Source of the DNA: Eledone cirrhosa
Lineage: Eukaryota
Length of the DNA: 64,000 nt
NCBI GenBank assembly: GCA_964016885.1
Contig: OZ024742.1
Span: 276,334,001-276,398,000, forward strand
Direction: 5' to 3'
Below, in pieces: positions 51,346-64,000 of the stretch (the first letter of the stretch is position 1; every line of letters starts with the position of its first letter). The notes below the pieces were generated by a model. The model was not told the DNA's origin, ran no database searches, and worked only from the letters and a program-made list of their open reading frames with translations. A program made the position numbers and the translations under genes.

Positions 51346-51880
51346 TCTTCCCTCATGCCCTAGGCCCTTAGCCCAATCACCCTTCCCCTCTCTCTCTTCT
51401 GCAACACCAGAGTTCTTGCCACTCCCTCCCTTTCTCCTTCTTTTTTCTTTCTTTTTCCCTTTTTTCTCTATATTTTCCTATTCGTTTTTTTTTTGTTACC
51501 TTTTCTTTTTTATTATTGTTGTTATTATTGTTGTCATTATTATTATTATTATCATTGAGCAATACTCTAACCTTTTTTTATACCAACCCACACAAAGCTA
51601 CCTATGATTCTACTGAACAAAACCACACATTTTAAATGGTTTATTGTTAAATTAAAACCTTCTAACATAATCTTATATAAGAACCATATGTTAAGTTACT
51701 ATTTTAGTAATGAAATGATTCATAATTTTAGTAAATCTCTCAAAATTAATCAATTGAAATAGAGTTTATTTCAATAGAAATATAGTCACAAAAGGGTTAA
51801 TAATTTATATTCATCATATATGTACAAATGACATATGGGATTAAATGTGTGAGTAATATTGGTGAAATAACTATTTACAG

Positions 51881-52838
51881 CAGAGGTTCTCAAACTGCCC
51901 CCCCCCCCCCTCACACCCACATAATACCCTCAGCGCCCCCGAACCCTATTTCCAGAGAGACCTACCTACACACAAATTATAAATAATATATCTATATATC
52001 TAAAACAGAGAATGTATGTCTGTTTGTCTGACTCCCTAAAACTCGAGAACCACCCAACCGATTGTTTTCAAACTTTACACATGTAATACTTATGGTCCTG
52101 TGAGTGTTTTGAGCAAAAACAATTTCAAATTTTCAATGCCCTAGGGACCGCATTAGGCGAAAAAGCGATCTCTCTCTCTTAGTCTTTCTTTCTAGATAGA
52201 TACATAGATATAACGTTGCGCCCTTATAATATCTGTCTGTATGTCTGGCTGTCTGCATTACGACATTATGATGCTGTGTGTGTGTGTGTGTATATGTATA
52301 TATAATGTGTGTGTATATATATATATAGTGTGTAACGTTTTTCGAAATATTTACTTCTGCGTTCACAGATTGATTTTTTTAGTTTCAGAAGATCCCGTTA
52401 AGGGTGAAAGCAGCGATTCTTTGTTTAAACTTTAATCTGTTATTTTAATATATATATATATAATTATATATTCGTGTACAGATATTTTTGCATACACAAT
52501 AACAAAATATAAATAAAAACGTATTTATTTCATGAGGCTCGATAAGGATAAATATATATCAAATATATAAGAACCATAGAGCAAATCCCGAGCAACGCCG
52601 GGTCGTTCTGCTAGTAATAAATAAAATCATTAATTTATATATAATAAATAATATAATATATACTATGTATAAATAAATATTATATTTTTTTTATTTTACT
52701 ATATTTATACATAATATATATCATTTGATATTTGATATACTATTATATCATCTCTATCCCCCCCCCCACAACCTCCTTAGGCCCCAGCGCCCAGGTGTGT
52801 GGGGGGGGGGGGGGTAGTGCCCACTTTGAGAACCTCTG
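51881..52838. mobile_element. hAT-type MITE containing a nested Helitron
   Basis: TIR CAGAGGTTCTCAAA/TTTGAGAACCTCTG with 8-bp TSD ATTTACAG (51873-51880 and 52839-52846). Confidence 0.85.
51991..52614 (+). mobile_element. non-autonomous Helitron
   Basis: A|TC start; hairpin plus CTAG|T end; sister of 34300-35384. Confidence 0.85.
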
Positions 52839-53333
52839 ATTTACAGGTGGCAATTGTAGAGTTAGAACCCAGGACTTTATAGAAAAGTTCATTTATTTAT
52901 TTGGTATGAACTGATTTGCTTGAACAGTCACTGTTGTTGAAAGAGCTATCTACCACTGTCCTCATCTTGTGGAAATTAACTAGCATTTTTCTGGAAACAG
53001 TTATTTTGCTACTACATGTCACCATCATCATCACCATCAGCACCATCATCACCTTCACCCCCACCAGTGCCACCACTACAACCATTAGCAGCAGCAGCAC
53101 TCTCATCATCACCATCACCATCAACGCCATCATTACCCCCCAATACCCCACCACTGTCAGCAGCAGCATCCAACCCTCATCATCATCACCATCAACGCCA
53201 CCACCAACACAGCTGTATCACTCTTTACTTTTGACAGCAGTGGTGAGGAGAGGGGAAACTGGTATGCACAACTACTAATCTTCCATGAAAACACCTAGCC
53301 CCAGCTTGTGTCTCAGAGAAGAACCTTCTAGGT

Positions 53334-53662
53334 CAGAGGTTCTCAAACATTTTGGGCTACTGCCGCCATCACTGTCATGTATTACCGTCAACGCCCCAGC
53401 CCTATTTCCAGAGAGACTTGCCTACATGCAAATTGTAAATAATATATATTAAATAATACAATATATACTATGTATAAATAAATATTATGTATTTTTTATT
53501 TTACTATATTTATATATAATATGTATCATTTGATATTTAATATACTATCATATCATTTCTAGTACCTCCTTTGGCCCCAGTGCCCCCCTAGACCTTCTCA
53601 ATGCCCCCCCCCCCCCTACTGAGGAGGAGGGTGAGTGGTAGCGCCCACTTTGAGAACCTTTG
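53334..53662. mobile_element. hAT-type MITE (same family as 51881-52838)
   Basis: Same TIRs; 8-bp TSD TTCTAGGT on both sides. Confidence 0.85.
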
Positions 53663-54494
53663 TTCTAGGTGAAAACCCATGGTCAGCTATGACCATGGGC
53701 GCCATCCTCCTCCTCATATATATATAAACGTTAAGACTTTTTTCTTACTGTATCAAGCATTAAACAAATATATATCATCATTGTACTGTATTGTTCTCCT
53801 GTTTCTTTTTTCTTTGTTGACATTTTGCATATACATACGTACATACATACATACACACACACATACACACATACATGATGGCTGCAAACTCTAAGAGTAC
53901 TGCAATCGCTTGTCAAATTATAGAGTTTGGTGCACTTTTAGGCCAGTCACATAAACCTGTAACAGATCCTGAACAAGCAATGCCTGTGCTTTGAAGACTT
54001 TTTAAGTGGGGAAAGGCCTTGCACTCAACCAATCCCACTCTCTGAGCATTGCAAACACTACTCGAAAAGGAGAACTTTGCTTCCGAAGCCACAAGTTTTT
54101 TTTTCAGAGTTTCCCTCTCTTAGAAAGGTGTTGTGACAACAACTGAGGGCCTTTCACTCCCAGGTGAAAAAAAAAAAAAGTACTATTTGGATGGCCATTA
54201 CTCTGTTGAGTTCCTCTGCCCTTTCATTGGTCTTGTATTTCATCCAGCAGGGTGTCCAAATATCACCGTCCTCACCAAGCTAGCTTGGTGGGTTGCTGGT
54301 TTAGTCGCTGACGACCCGACCATGTGACAGGTCGTACTAGGTTACATGTTATCAGTACCAGTAGCACTCGAGAGCGACCTGACACATACATACATACATA
54401 CATATTTAGTAAGTGCAATGATAAATATTGGTTTGGTATTGTGTGGTTGCCAGATAGATTTGTTCATTTGTGGTTGTATTGATGAAGTGTGAAG

Positions 54495-55884
54495 TTGGGA
54501 ACTCCTAAATGCAGATGATCTAATTCTCATACCTGAATCTATGGCTGAACTAGAGAAGAAATTCCAAACATGGAAGCATGGCCTAGAATCAAAAGACCTT
54601 AAAGTTAACTTGTCTAAGACTAAAGTTCTAGTTTGTAGAAAGGAAAATAGGGCAGAGGTGCCCTCAGGGAAATGGCCATGCTCAGTGTGTAGAAAAGGAG
54701 TAGGTAGAAATTCCATTTTATGTCCCAAATGCAAACTATGGGTACATAAAAGATGTAGTGGGATCACGGGTAAACTATCTAAGAATGTAGATTTTATATG
54801 TGGCCAATGCTCAGGTGCAATAAATAACAAGTGCCCACAGGATACTAGCTCCTTCTATTGCCCAGATGGTTCTATAGAAATAGTGGACACTTTCCGTTAC
54901 CTGGGTGACAAAATCAGCAGTGGGAGGTGGGTGCTCTGAAAGTACAGTAGCCAGAGTCAGAACGGGATGGAAAAAGTTCAGAGAGTTTATACCGCCGTTG
55001 GCCACAAAAGGTTTCTCTCTAAAAATGAAAGGCAGACTGTATGATGACTGTATACGAACAGCAATGCCACATGGCAGTGAGACATGGGCGTTGTGTGCAG
55101 AGGACCTGCGCAGACTGGAGAGGAACGAAGCATGTATGCTCTGTTGGATGTGTAATAGTAATATATGTGAACGGCAAAGCATAAATGAACTAAGTGAGAA
55201 ATTAGGAATAATAGGGATCAGATGCTGTTTACTTGAGAGAAGACTACGTTGGTATGGTCACGTGATGCGCATGAAAGAGGACAGCTGTATAAAAAAGTGC
55301 AGGGCGATCAAAATTGATGGAAGTTACAGAGTAGGTAGACCCAGAAAAACCTGGGATGATTTGATAAATTCTGACCTTACACACTTACACCTCTCTAAGA
55401 CAATGTCACTGGACCGAGATCTTTGGCGCCACGCAGTAATACAAAAGACCCACCTTGCCTATGTACAAAGCGAAACCTAGTCAGTAGGCACCTCTTAACC
55501 AAATATACACCCCAATCCACTACTCCTACTCCATCCTCCCATTCTGAGCAACACCACCCTCTCTCTCTGTAAAGTTGGTACCACAACATTCAGCTCAAAT
55601 AAATGAGATAATGAGATCGAGATCGTGTAAGTGTCATGACAAAAAAAAAACACACAGTCCACGCTGTAATGTGGCCGTGTAGGTAAAACGGTAAAAAGTT
55701 CCCAATCCACACTGTAAATGTGGTTGGTGTTAGGAAGGGCATCCAACCGTAGAAAACCTGCCAGATAGTCCTATATGAGCGAGACACGGTCACCTAACCA
55801 ACCTTGCCTCAAATTGGGACAACTCTTGTCTAACCCATGCAAGCGTGGAAGATGGATGTTAAACGAAGATGATGATGATGATGA
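54495..55884 (+). mobile_element. 5'-truncated RTE LINE (family A), frameshifted
   Basis: ORFs 54541-54939 and 54905-55480 are homologous to 12186-13109. Has the 3' UTR and (TGA)n tail. Confidence 0.92.
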
Positions 55885-56589
55885 ATGTGCAGAGCTGTAG
55901 TAAGTTTTACTGATTGGCACTGGATGGTCTTTTGTGGTGTCCCTGTGTGTCTCAGTGTCTTTCAACATGTCACTCACCGAACTGATGATTAACTGATGAC
56001 AAAAGCAATATATGCTCATTCAAGTTGAACCTTTCTTAATTTGAAGACTAATCTGCATGGTGAAAAGCCACATCCTACATGACATACCTCTGACATGGCT
56101 ATCATAGGATAGTCTAGCAAAACAGGTCGTATCTAGAGGAGTAAGCCTCGATAAAAATCTTGCGTGTCTCATAGTAAGCAGTAACTCATGTGACAATCAT
56201 CAGTTTAATTACATGACCTTGGCACCGTGAACATCAGTGGCTTCACAAATGATCGACTATTAATTCAACAATGGGTTGGCACTACAGTTCTAGTTAGCGA
56301 AGAAATCTATGAGTAAGCAGGTGAGACATATATTCTAGCCATTAGAAAAAGCAAAATACTTCACCTTCGATGGAGGGGTGACTCAAGAAAAAGAAAAAGA
56401 AGAAGGTTGCTCAGAAACATTAAACAGATGGCCTTTTCAACTGTTCTCTTTTTGGATACTTTGGTGCTACAAGAGAATATTATCTAAGTTTTGAGGTAAC
56501 AGGTCAGTCTTTTGGTGGTTGTGAGTGGCAGGCTAATGGGGAAAATATGTTGAGGTTTTGCTACATACATATATATATATATATATATG

Positions 56590-56735
56590 ACAGCTTCCAT
56601 ATAATTTTGATCAGCCATTTCACTTAAGATTAAAATGAAAGACACTTGCCCAATGTGTCATGCAGTGGCATTGAACCTGAAACCTAGTGGTTGTGAAGCT
56701 AACTTCTTAACCACATAAACCATGCCTGCACCTGT
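56590..56735 (-). mobile_element. tRNA-derived SINE (third family) fragment
   Basis: Minus strand GGTTCAATGCCACTGCATGACACATTGGGCAAGTGTC; similar copy at about 28645-28800 (plus). Confidence 0.5.
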
Positions 56736-58117
56736 AGAGCTTATTTGCTAGCAAAGTTAGGATAAATTTTGCTGGTATGGTTATTTTCAATATTTGTATA
56801 ATTGGAGCAATTGTTTTTACAGCTGAATACTCTCCCAGTTACTAAAATCTCAATTATGAAGTTGGAGTAGGATCTGCTATCAAACAGATAAACTAAAGCA
56901 AACAACAGATTTATAAGTCTTTGTTAGGAGACATAACAAATGGCTGTACAATAAGGGAACCTCTTCATGGTCATTTGGCATGCTAGAAACAGCAGGTGCT
57001 AACCTCTCACAAAGGGAGTAGGTGTCCCTGAACCAGCTACACACAGGTGTTTGCCAATTCAATGCAACTATGCACAACTGGGGTCTGTCTATCAGCCGCT
57101 TGCCAGTGTGTCTCGCCATAGCAGACTGCTGAACATATACTAAGTGAGAGCCCAGTTCTCCATCTGCCTGAGATTGTGGATCTCACACATCCTAATCCCA
57201 TTACCATCAGATGATTGTAGTGCCAGGTAGATGTCACATGATTGCTGTCTCATATGCAAAAAGTAGGTGAAGCAGCCAAATCTTCTTCAAATCCCACCAC
57301 ATTGTCTTAAAAAAGGAAAGGCACATTGAACAATGTTGATATAGATATACAGAAAGATGGTATAGTCATAGATGAAATGCCTTTGATCATAGATATGCTC
57401 AATTGTAATTGATCAAGACTAAACAACAACAAATAGCTACCAAAACATCTGCATATACAACCATATAATCAGTAGTCCAACACCTTAATTTCACAACTAT
57501 TGTGTTTCGGCTTCTAAAAAACATTTGTTTGAATATAACCTTGATTTTAACTGCCAAGCTCCCATAATGCTTAACAACAAAATATATTATTTTATTTCGG
57601 AATGTGTGTGTAGTGCTTGTGTATATTATTTATTCTTTTTCCCATATTTCAATACAATCAGAGCTAGTTTCGAGAAAAAAAAATGACAAATTTCTTTTGT
57701 TGAAACTACAGTTGCAATAAAAGGATAGTCCAAATACTGAACTTCTTTTAAAATATGGTAAATGTTTTTGCTGTTCCATTCATGAATTTAATTTAGTGAA
57801 TTCAGGTCAAACATTCCTAGTAGTTTCAGCTTTTTTAAGATTAGACAAATCAGTAGGTCAGTGGATTGACAGTATCAGTAGAGTGTCAGACAAAATGCGT
57901 TGCAGTGTTTAGATTGTAAGTTCAAATCCTGCCAAGGTCAGCTTTGACTTTTATCTTTCAGGACTCGAAAAAATAAAGTACTTGTTAAGTATTAAGGTCA
58001 ACTTTCCTTTTTCCCCAAAATTGCGAGCCTTTTGCCAATGTTAGAAAGAAAGATTACACAAATCAAGTGTAACAGAAGTCATAAATATTTTCAGTTATGT
58101 ATACACATAAATATGTG

Positions 58118-58425
58118 AAGGAATGTGGCTTGGTTGTTAAGCTGTTTGGCTCATGTTCATAAGGTCATGTGTTTGACTCCCAGCATGTGTTATGTCCTTC
58201 AGCTAGAGATTTTATTTCACATTACCCCAGTCCACTCGGCTCTCAAAAATGAGTGGTACCTATAATTCAAACGGCCAGCCATGTCACACACTGTATTCTA
58301 CTGAATCTCACTGAGTATTATATTAAAAATGCACATGTCTGTGGAATGCTCAGCCACTTGCATGTTAATTTCTGTTTTATTGTTTAAACAGTTAGAACAA
58401 ACATCATCGGAACTAATGAAGGCCC
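58118..58425 (+). mobile_element. tRNA-derived SINE (second family)
   Basis: A-box-like TGGCTTGGTTG; homologous to 46695-46995. Confidence 0.65.
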
Positions 58426-59125
58426 AACAACAATAACAAATATACTTATATAAGATGGCTAATTAGCAACTACACATATTTTTATCTCTTTCCCTTTTTC
58501 TAGATCATTTGCATAGAGAGGTTCCCATAGACAGTCAGTCTTAAATTCCTATTATGACCTGGAGAACTATGGTGAACAGCAGTGGGCTGAGAATTGAATA
58601 CTGATAGACTTCTATCTGCACTTTGAATTCCTCACTAAACTCATTTCCTACTCTCACTTTACTGACAGTTCCTCTGTAAAAGGCTTGCACCACTCTCATA
58701 AGCCATTCTTCTACACATAAGTTTCTTAAGAACCACCAGATAGCAGAGTGAGGTACTTTGTCAAAGGCCTTTTCTAGATCAACAAAAGCTAAATACAGTG
58801 GTTTATTCTTGGCTAGGAACTTTCCTTGTAGTTGCCTCACTAAAAAGAGGGCATCTGTATTACTTTTCCCAGACACAAAACCGAACTGCATCTCGTCTAA
58901 TTTGACTAATTCCCTAATTAACTCTTTCTATCACTTTTATAACTTGGTCCATCAGTTTTATTCCTCTGTAGCTGCTCCTTTATAGAGCATCACCTTTACC
59001 CTTGTGGCAATTTATGAGTGTACTGCTACGCCTGTCATGCTCCTGATGCTTTCAGCATCTTGGCAACTATCTCTGACATTCCTGCAGCTTTACCATTCTT
59101 CATCTTCTTGACCGTTTTTTTACCC

Positions 59126-62100
59126 TGTGGCAAGCTACTTTCTGGGGCTCATTGATACCTTCTCTGTACGTTGTTCAGCTCAGTTCAGCCAATTGCTACC
59201 ATCGTAGGGAAATGTATCTCAACTTCCATCCAAAGGGAAAAATTCCTGCTTCTTTTCAATAAACTTTCTCTTTGCATCTAGATCCCGACAAGGTAATACC
59301 TCTTGATTTCGTTCCTAAAGCACAGACAATATGTAGCAACAAATATCACTACGGATCTGGCTAACGCCTCAGCCAGTTGACCGTGCCTCCTTAAACTCTT
59401 AATTTGTCTATTCATTTCTTATGGCATGCCAGCTAAACCTTTGTAATCGGTTTGTAAATAAATTATATATTAAAAACATAAAGTCGTATGATGCTATTTA
59501 CCACAACATTGCTTTTAACTGCTTCAATGGTGAATTCTGTGATACAATACACAAAATACATACATTCTCAACACACACATATATCTCTTATTAACTTCTT
59601 CCTATTTACTATCTTCTAAATTGGTGACCCCGCCGTGGGAACGAAAAGTTCCCCTAAAAAAAAAATAAGAAGTAGTATTTTTAAAAAAAGAGAACACGCA
59701 AGCTTTCTTGTATTGTATTGTATCAACACCATGTAAAAACTTTTATGTTGATAACACCACAACACGTGGTTTAACTTCAATGAACCCACCTAGGAAAACA
59801 TTTTTGAGAAAAAATTAGCTGTCCTTTAAAAAATTACAGCGCGAGGAAAATTTTTTTTCAACATGGCTACCTTCAATAACAACAAAACTTTCAACAGCAG
59901 CAGCAGTTAACCACTAACTATAAACATGTGAAGAACGATGTGGCAGCTTTATAGCCTTACCGACGCAACCCACCTCACATATCCACTACAATTGGTGTTA
60001 CAATTATCTACTACAACGGTAACTTGAGAATCAAAACACCACAACCTTCTCACTACAAATGGTGATCCGGGTTAAAACAACAACAGCCTTCTCACCACAC
60101 TATGGCGTCAGACGTGACATGCATATTATTGGTGACTCCAGGCTGAGCATAAATTTCATTTCAAAGCTCGACGCTCACGAATCACTTCATCAAGTTATTT
60201 TCCAAACTTCGAAACTACTGAAGATTTACTGTGACTTCACTTCAATAGCAGCAACAACAACAACTCTACTAGCTCGCTAGTAAGAACGATAACATTCTTA
60301 TCTCAAAGAAATTTCAAGGAAAAGAAAAATTGAACTTTTTGTTAAAAAACAATTATTTCTTCTCTTTTTTACAGGCAATGTTTGAACATTTATTTCTTTT
60401 AAACTGTATTATATGAACATTCATTTTTTTTCTATCATTGTATATATGACTGCATGCACACAATTTCTCTTGCTATATTACATCTCTTTGTCACACACCA
60501 ACATGTTGTTTATAATATATGTTCTTCAAACGTCGTAATATTCTGCGAGATCCCTTTCCACATGGTTGAGGTACCAAAACATGCTATTGACACATGCAGT
60601 TTAATTCACCTGGACTCACACAGGCCCCGCAACACGAGAATTGCTAATTGCAGCTGGATTCACTCAGCTTTGCATCTTGTTGCACACTAATCATTCTATA
60701 GCATAAAAACCTCAATCTTATCACTTTACCCAATTCACTGGGAAAGCATTCATGGAACTGGACCTGTCACCAGTTCCCACCGTTTCTCCGACGGACTCGC
60801 CAGAATTACAGGATTACAGCTTCAACTACTACCCACCTACAGATTTAACTTGCTTTCTTTTCAAAGCAAGTTTAGCCATTTTTTCTGGCTGCCAAGCACT
60901 TTTGGCAATTCATCTGGGAGGCCGACAATTTCTCGCCTAACCATCATCTCCTTGCCAATATTGACTCATCTCTTACGGCTGCATACCAGCCATCCTAGAG
61001 TCGTTGGATCTCTCTTAACCAGAATTGGCTATCGGCAAATGCAGATACCTGCCCGTACACAGCTACTGGTAAACTACCATAACAGCTTCATCCACACAGC
61101 TCTGGTACAACATTTACCATAAAAGCTTCATCTACACAGCTCTGGTACTACATTTGCCATAACAACTATACAGCTCTGGTAAAACATGAACAGCATCATC
61201 ATTGACAACAGCTACTGGTACAACACTTACCATATCAGCTACACAGCTCTGGTACAACACTTACCATAACAACTACATTATTCTGGTACATTTACCATAA
61301 CAGCTACACAGCTCTGGTACACCATTTACCGTAACAGCTACACAGCTCTGGTAAAACAATTACCATAACAACTAACATTTGATGCAAGAACAGCAACTTC
61401 GCCCATGTCAGACTTTATCCGTTTTCTGTTAGACCCCAAGTGGTCATGTATAAATAGCAAACAGCTAGTCATTTGACACAGTGGATTAACAAGGCCCTTA
61501 GTGCCTCATTTACAATTTTTCTTCTTGCATGCATTCTGTTGTTCAATTTTTTCATTAATGTGCTCTCTTTCAGCATTTTCTTGCTGGTAATCAATGCTAA
61601 TTCAATCTTAATTATCGTCTTCCAGACTAAATAGGGGGTATTGTGGCAAGCTACTTTCTGAGGGCTCATTGATACCTTCTTCGTATGCTGTTCGGCTCAG
61701 TTCAGCCAATCGCTGTCAGCGTAGGGAAATGTATCTTAACTTCCGCCCAAAGGGAAAAATTCCTGCTTCTTTTTGATTTGCATCTAGATCCCGACAAGGT
61801 AATAACTCTTGATTTCGTTCCTAGAGCATAGACAATATGTAGCAACAAATATTACTACGGGTCTGGCTAACGCCTCAGCCAGTTGACCGTGCCTCCTTAA
61901 ACTCTTAATTTGTCTATTCATTTCTTATGGCATGCCAGCTAAACCTTTGTAATCAGTTTGTAAATAAATTATATATTAAAAACATAAAGTCATATGATGC
62001 TATTTACCACAACATTGCTTTTAACTGCTTCTATGGTGACTTCTGTGATACAATACACAAAGTACATACATTCTCAACACACACATATATATATCTTCTT

Positions 62101-62132
62101 TTAACATCTTCCTCTAATAACTATCTTCTAAA
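59126..62132 (+). mobile_element. non-autonomous Gypsy-like LTR retroelement (LTRs 59126-59620 and 61642-62132)
   Basis: ~490-bp direct repeats; 4-bp TSD ACCC; PBS TGGTGACCCCGCCGTG at 59622 (tRNA-Trp-like); PPT AAATAGGGGG at 61629-61638; no pol ORF. Confidence 0.9.
61057..61375. repeat. ~34-40 bp minisatellite inside the LTR element
   Basis: About eight ACACAGCTCTGGTACAACATTTACCATAAC-like units. Confidence 0.85.
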
Positions 62133-63162
62133 ACCCTATAACTGTCAATTTTAACAGCTGGACCCTATAACTGTCAATTTTAACAGCTTGGGTATGTTGA
62201 GTGTGGTCTTTCTTCCCCCCATTCATTCTCTACATTCATCAGTATCTCATAGTAACCTTTCCAGGCCCCTTTCTTTTGAGCACCAGTGGTGTTAAATCCA
62301 CCAATGTCATTTCTATCAGACTTTTCCTTAACAACATCCCAATTCATACTGACACACTGCCTTGCAATATGAAACACTTCACGTCTCTGATCCTCACGTC
62401 ACAAGGCATTGGCAAATTTCCTTTCTTCAGCCTCTTTCCGAGTTATGAATACCTGTTGTTTAGCTTCTCTCTTAGCTACTTGGTCTCACCCTCTGTCAGA
62501 CTGGTGCTTTACTCTAGCCACAAGTCTTATCAGTAGTTCACAAAAGGTTGCCACATAAAAATTTTCAATTGTCTTTTAATGTCATATGAATCTTGCCTCT
62601 TTTCATCAAATGCATCCCATAAGGCCTTTTTAAACCTATATTTCACAGAAAGGTCCTTTAGCTTCCAAACCTTTCATCCCCATATTTTCCTGTGTATCTT
62701 GTTCTGTCTTATGTTCATCCTGATGTCACTAATAACTAACGGGGAAGGCCTTAGTATTTATTAATGTCCATCTATTTCGCTGTCTTACAAGTAAGAAAGC
62801 AATCTGGCTTGTGTTTTTGCCTGATTGGTATGTGATCACATGGCTAGCCAGTTTCCTGAAAGCTGTATTACAAATGGTTAGTTCATTTGCATTACAGAAT
62901 TTCAGGAGGCTCACTTCCTCCACCAACACTAGAGAGGTTGTCTTACTGGACTCAAGAGTCCTCTCCACCCTATATCACTTTATATTCAGAGTCTACTCTC
63001 CTAGATAGGTTATCTTCACTATGGCTTACAGTGTCCACATCTGTTCTGTGTAGTCATTTTGAATTGGAGTCACTGCATTCCTTGACATGTTGCCTTCATT
63101 ACGGCTTACAGAGCCCATGTCTGCCCCATGCAGTTGTTTTTGATTGGAGTCACTGCTCCGCT

Positions 63163-63194
<32 letters not shown>

Positions 63195-63940
63195 CATCCT
63201 CCTCATCATCATTTTACATTCATTTTTCCATGCTCACATGGGTTGGATGTGTCATTTCAAGTACAATCCCAGCCCACTCCCACCCACACATAGCATTCCT
63301 TCATCTCCTCTGTGTTTTGAAATCAGCTCTAACCACTTCTGCCCAGATTTTCCTTAGTTTTTCTCCACTACAACTTCCTTCCACTAGGATCTATTCGCAC
63401 TTCATACCTAACAATAATCATCCATATGCATCACGTCCATACTATCCATCTTCTCTCTTGCACACAGCATTTGATTTCTCTTATACCCAGTTTTTCTTTC
63501 AACTTACCTGTGTCTCATTATTCATGCACACTACATATCCAACAAAGTATGCACACTTCATTTCTCTCCCACCTTTACTTATCCTCTGCATTCACTACTC
63601 ATGTTTTACTTCTATCCAGCATTGCTCTTCTTACGCAGACATTGTACAATCTACTTTTCACTCATGGGGAGAAACCCTTTGTTGTCAACAAGGGTAATAG
63701 CTTTTTTTTCCATTCTTTTCTTATTCTAGCTACAATGCTTTCAGAGCAACCCCCGCACTGCTAATTAGGCTACCTAGATAACAAAAACTATCAACTACCT
63801 CTATAGTACCTTCCCAGGATTGGAAAACGTTTATTTTACTGGTTCTCTTGCTACCAACTATCCTTGTGCATCTGTCACATACAAAGTTTACTTTTTTTAT
63901 TAGCCCGTCGGCTATCCTACTACACCTCTTGTGTACCCAT
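63195..63940 (-). mobile_element. old RTE LINE 3' relic
   Basis: Reverse VHKRCS, IEVVDSFCYLG and LYNVCVRRAML motifs; CATCAT tail. Confidence 0.8.
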
Positions 63941-64000
63941 TATGTAAGCAGCAGTTATGTTCGTTCTCTAAGGCTTTTGACCATCTAAGCACAAATAAGT

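Larger units (their letters stand above)
58505..62975 (-). mobile_element. internally deleted family-B RTE relic split by an LTR element
   Basis: RT ORF 58541-58891. The reading GPAVKIDSYRV|KKTVKKMKNGKAAG is continuous across the insertion. Endonuclease and 5' UTR pieces at 62180-62975. Confidence 0.85.

Noticed and set aside
55915-56440. Possible BovB-like RTE endonuclease start
   Set aside because: Too decayed to call with confidence by eye.
61057-61375. Regular ~35-bp repeats superficially like a CRISPR array
   Set aside because: No unique spacers or cas genes; a eukaryotic minisatellite inside an LTR element.

Overview
AT-rich animal genomic DNA, most likely a coleoid cephalopod (Octopus-like). 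This is an inference from dense (TA)n/(CA)n microsatellites, RTE LINEs with (TGA)n tails and characteristic tRNA-derived SINEs. The window is mostly intronic or intergenic and packed with mobile DNA: RTE LINEs (one near full length, one head-to-head palindromic pair, many relics), CRE and R4/Dong LINE relics, a decayed mariner, hAT, piggyBac and Tc1/pogo MITEs, non-autonomous Helitrons, a 3-kb non-autonomous LTR element and a probable solo LTR. The most notable signal is six type-I hammerhead ribozyme motifs in five unrelated sequence contexts. Each sits in a short non-coding Penelope-like module inserted in (TA)n, and two form the arms of a ~690-bp inverted repeat. A minus-strand host gene probably starts at 41405 (CRE/YY1-type promoter, signal-peptide-like first exon). 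It has a tentative second exon at 36239-36302 and a frame-compatible 18-nt microexon at 511-528. Almost all ORFs in the supplied track are microsatellite or antisense artefacts. All calls were made by eye, with no database search or folding program.
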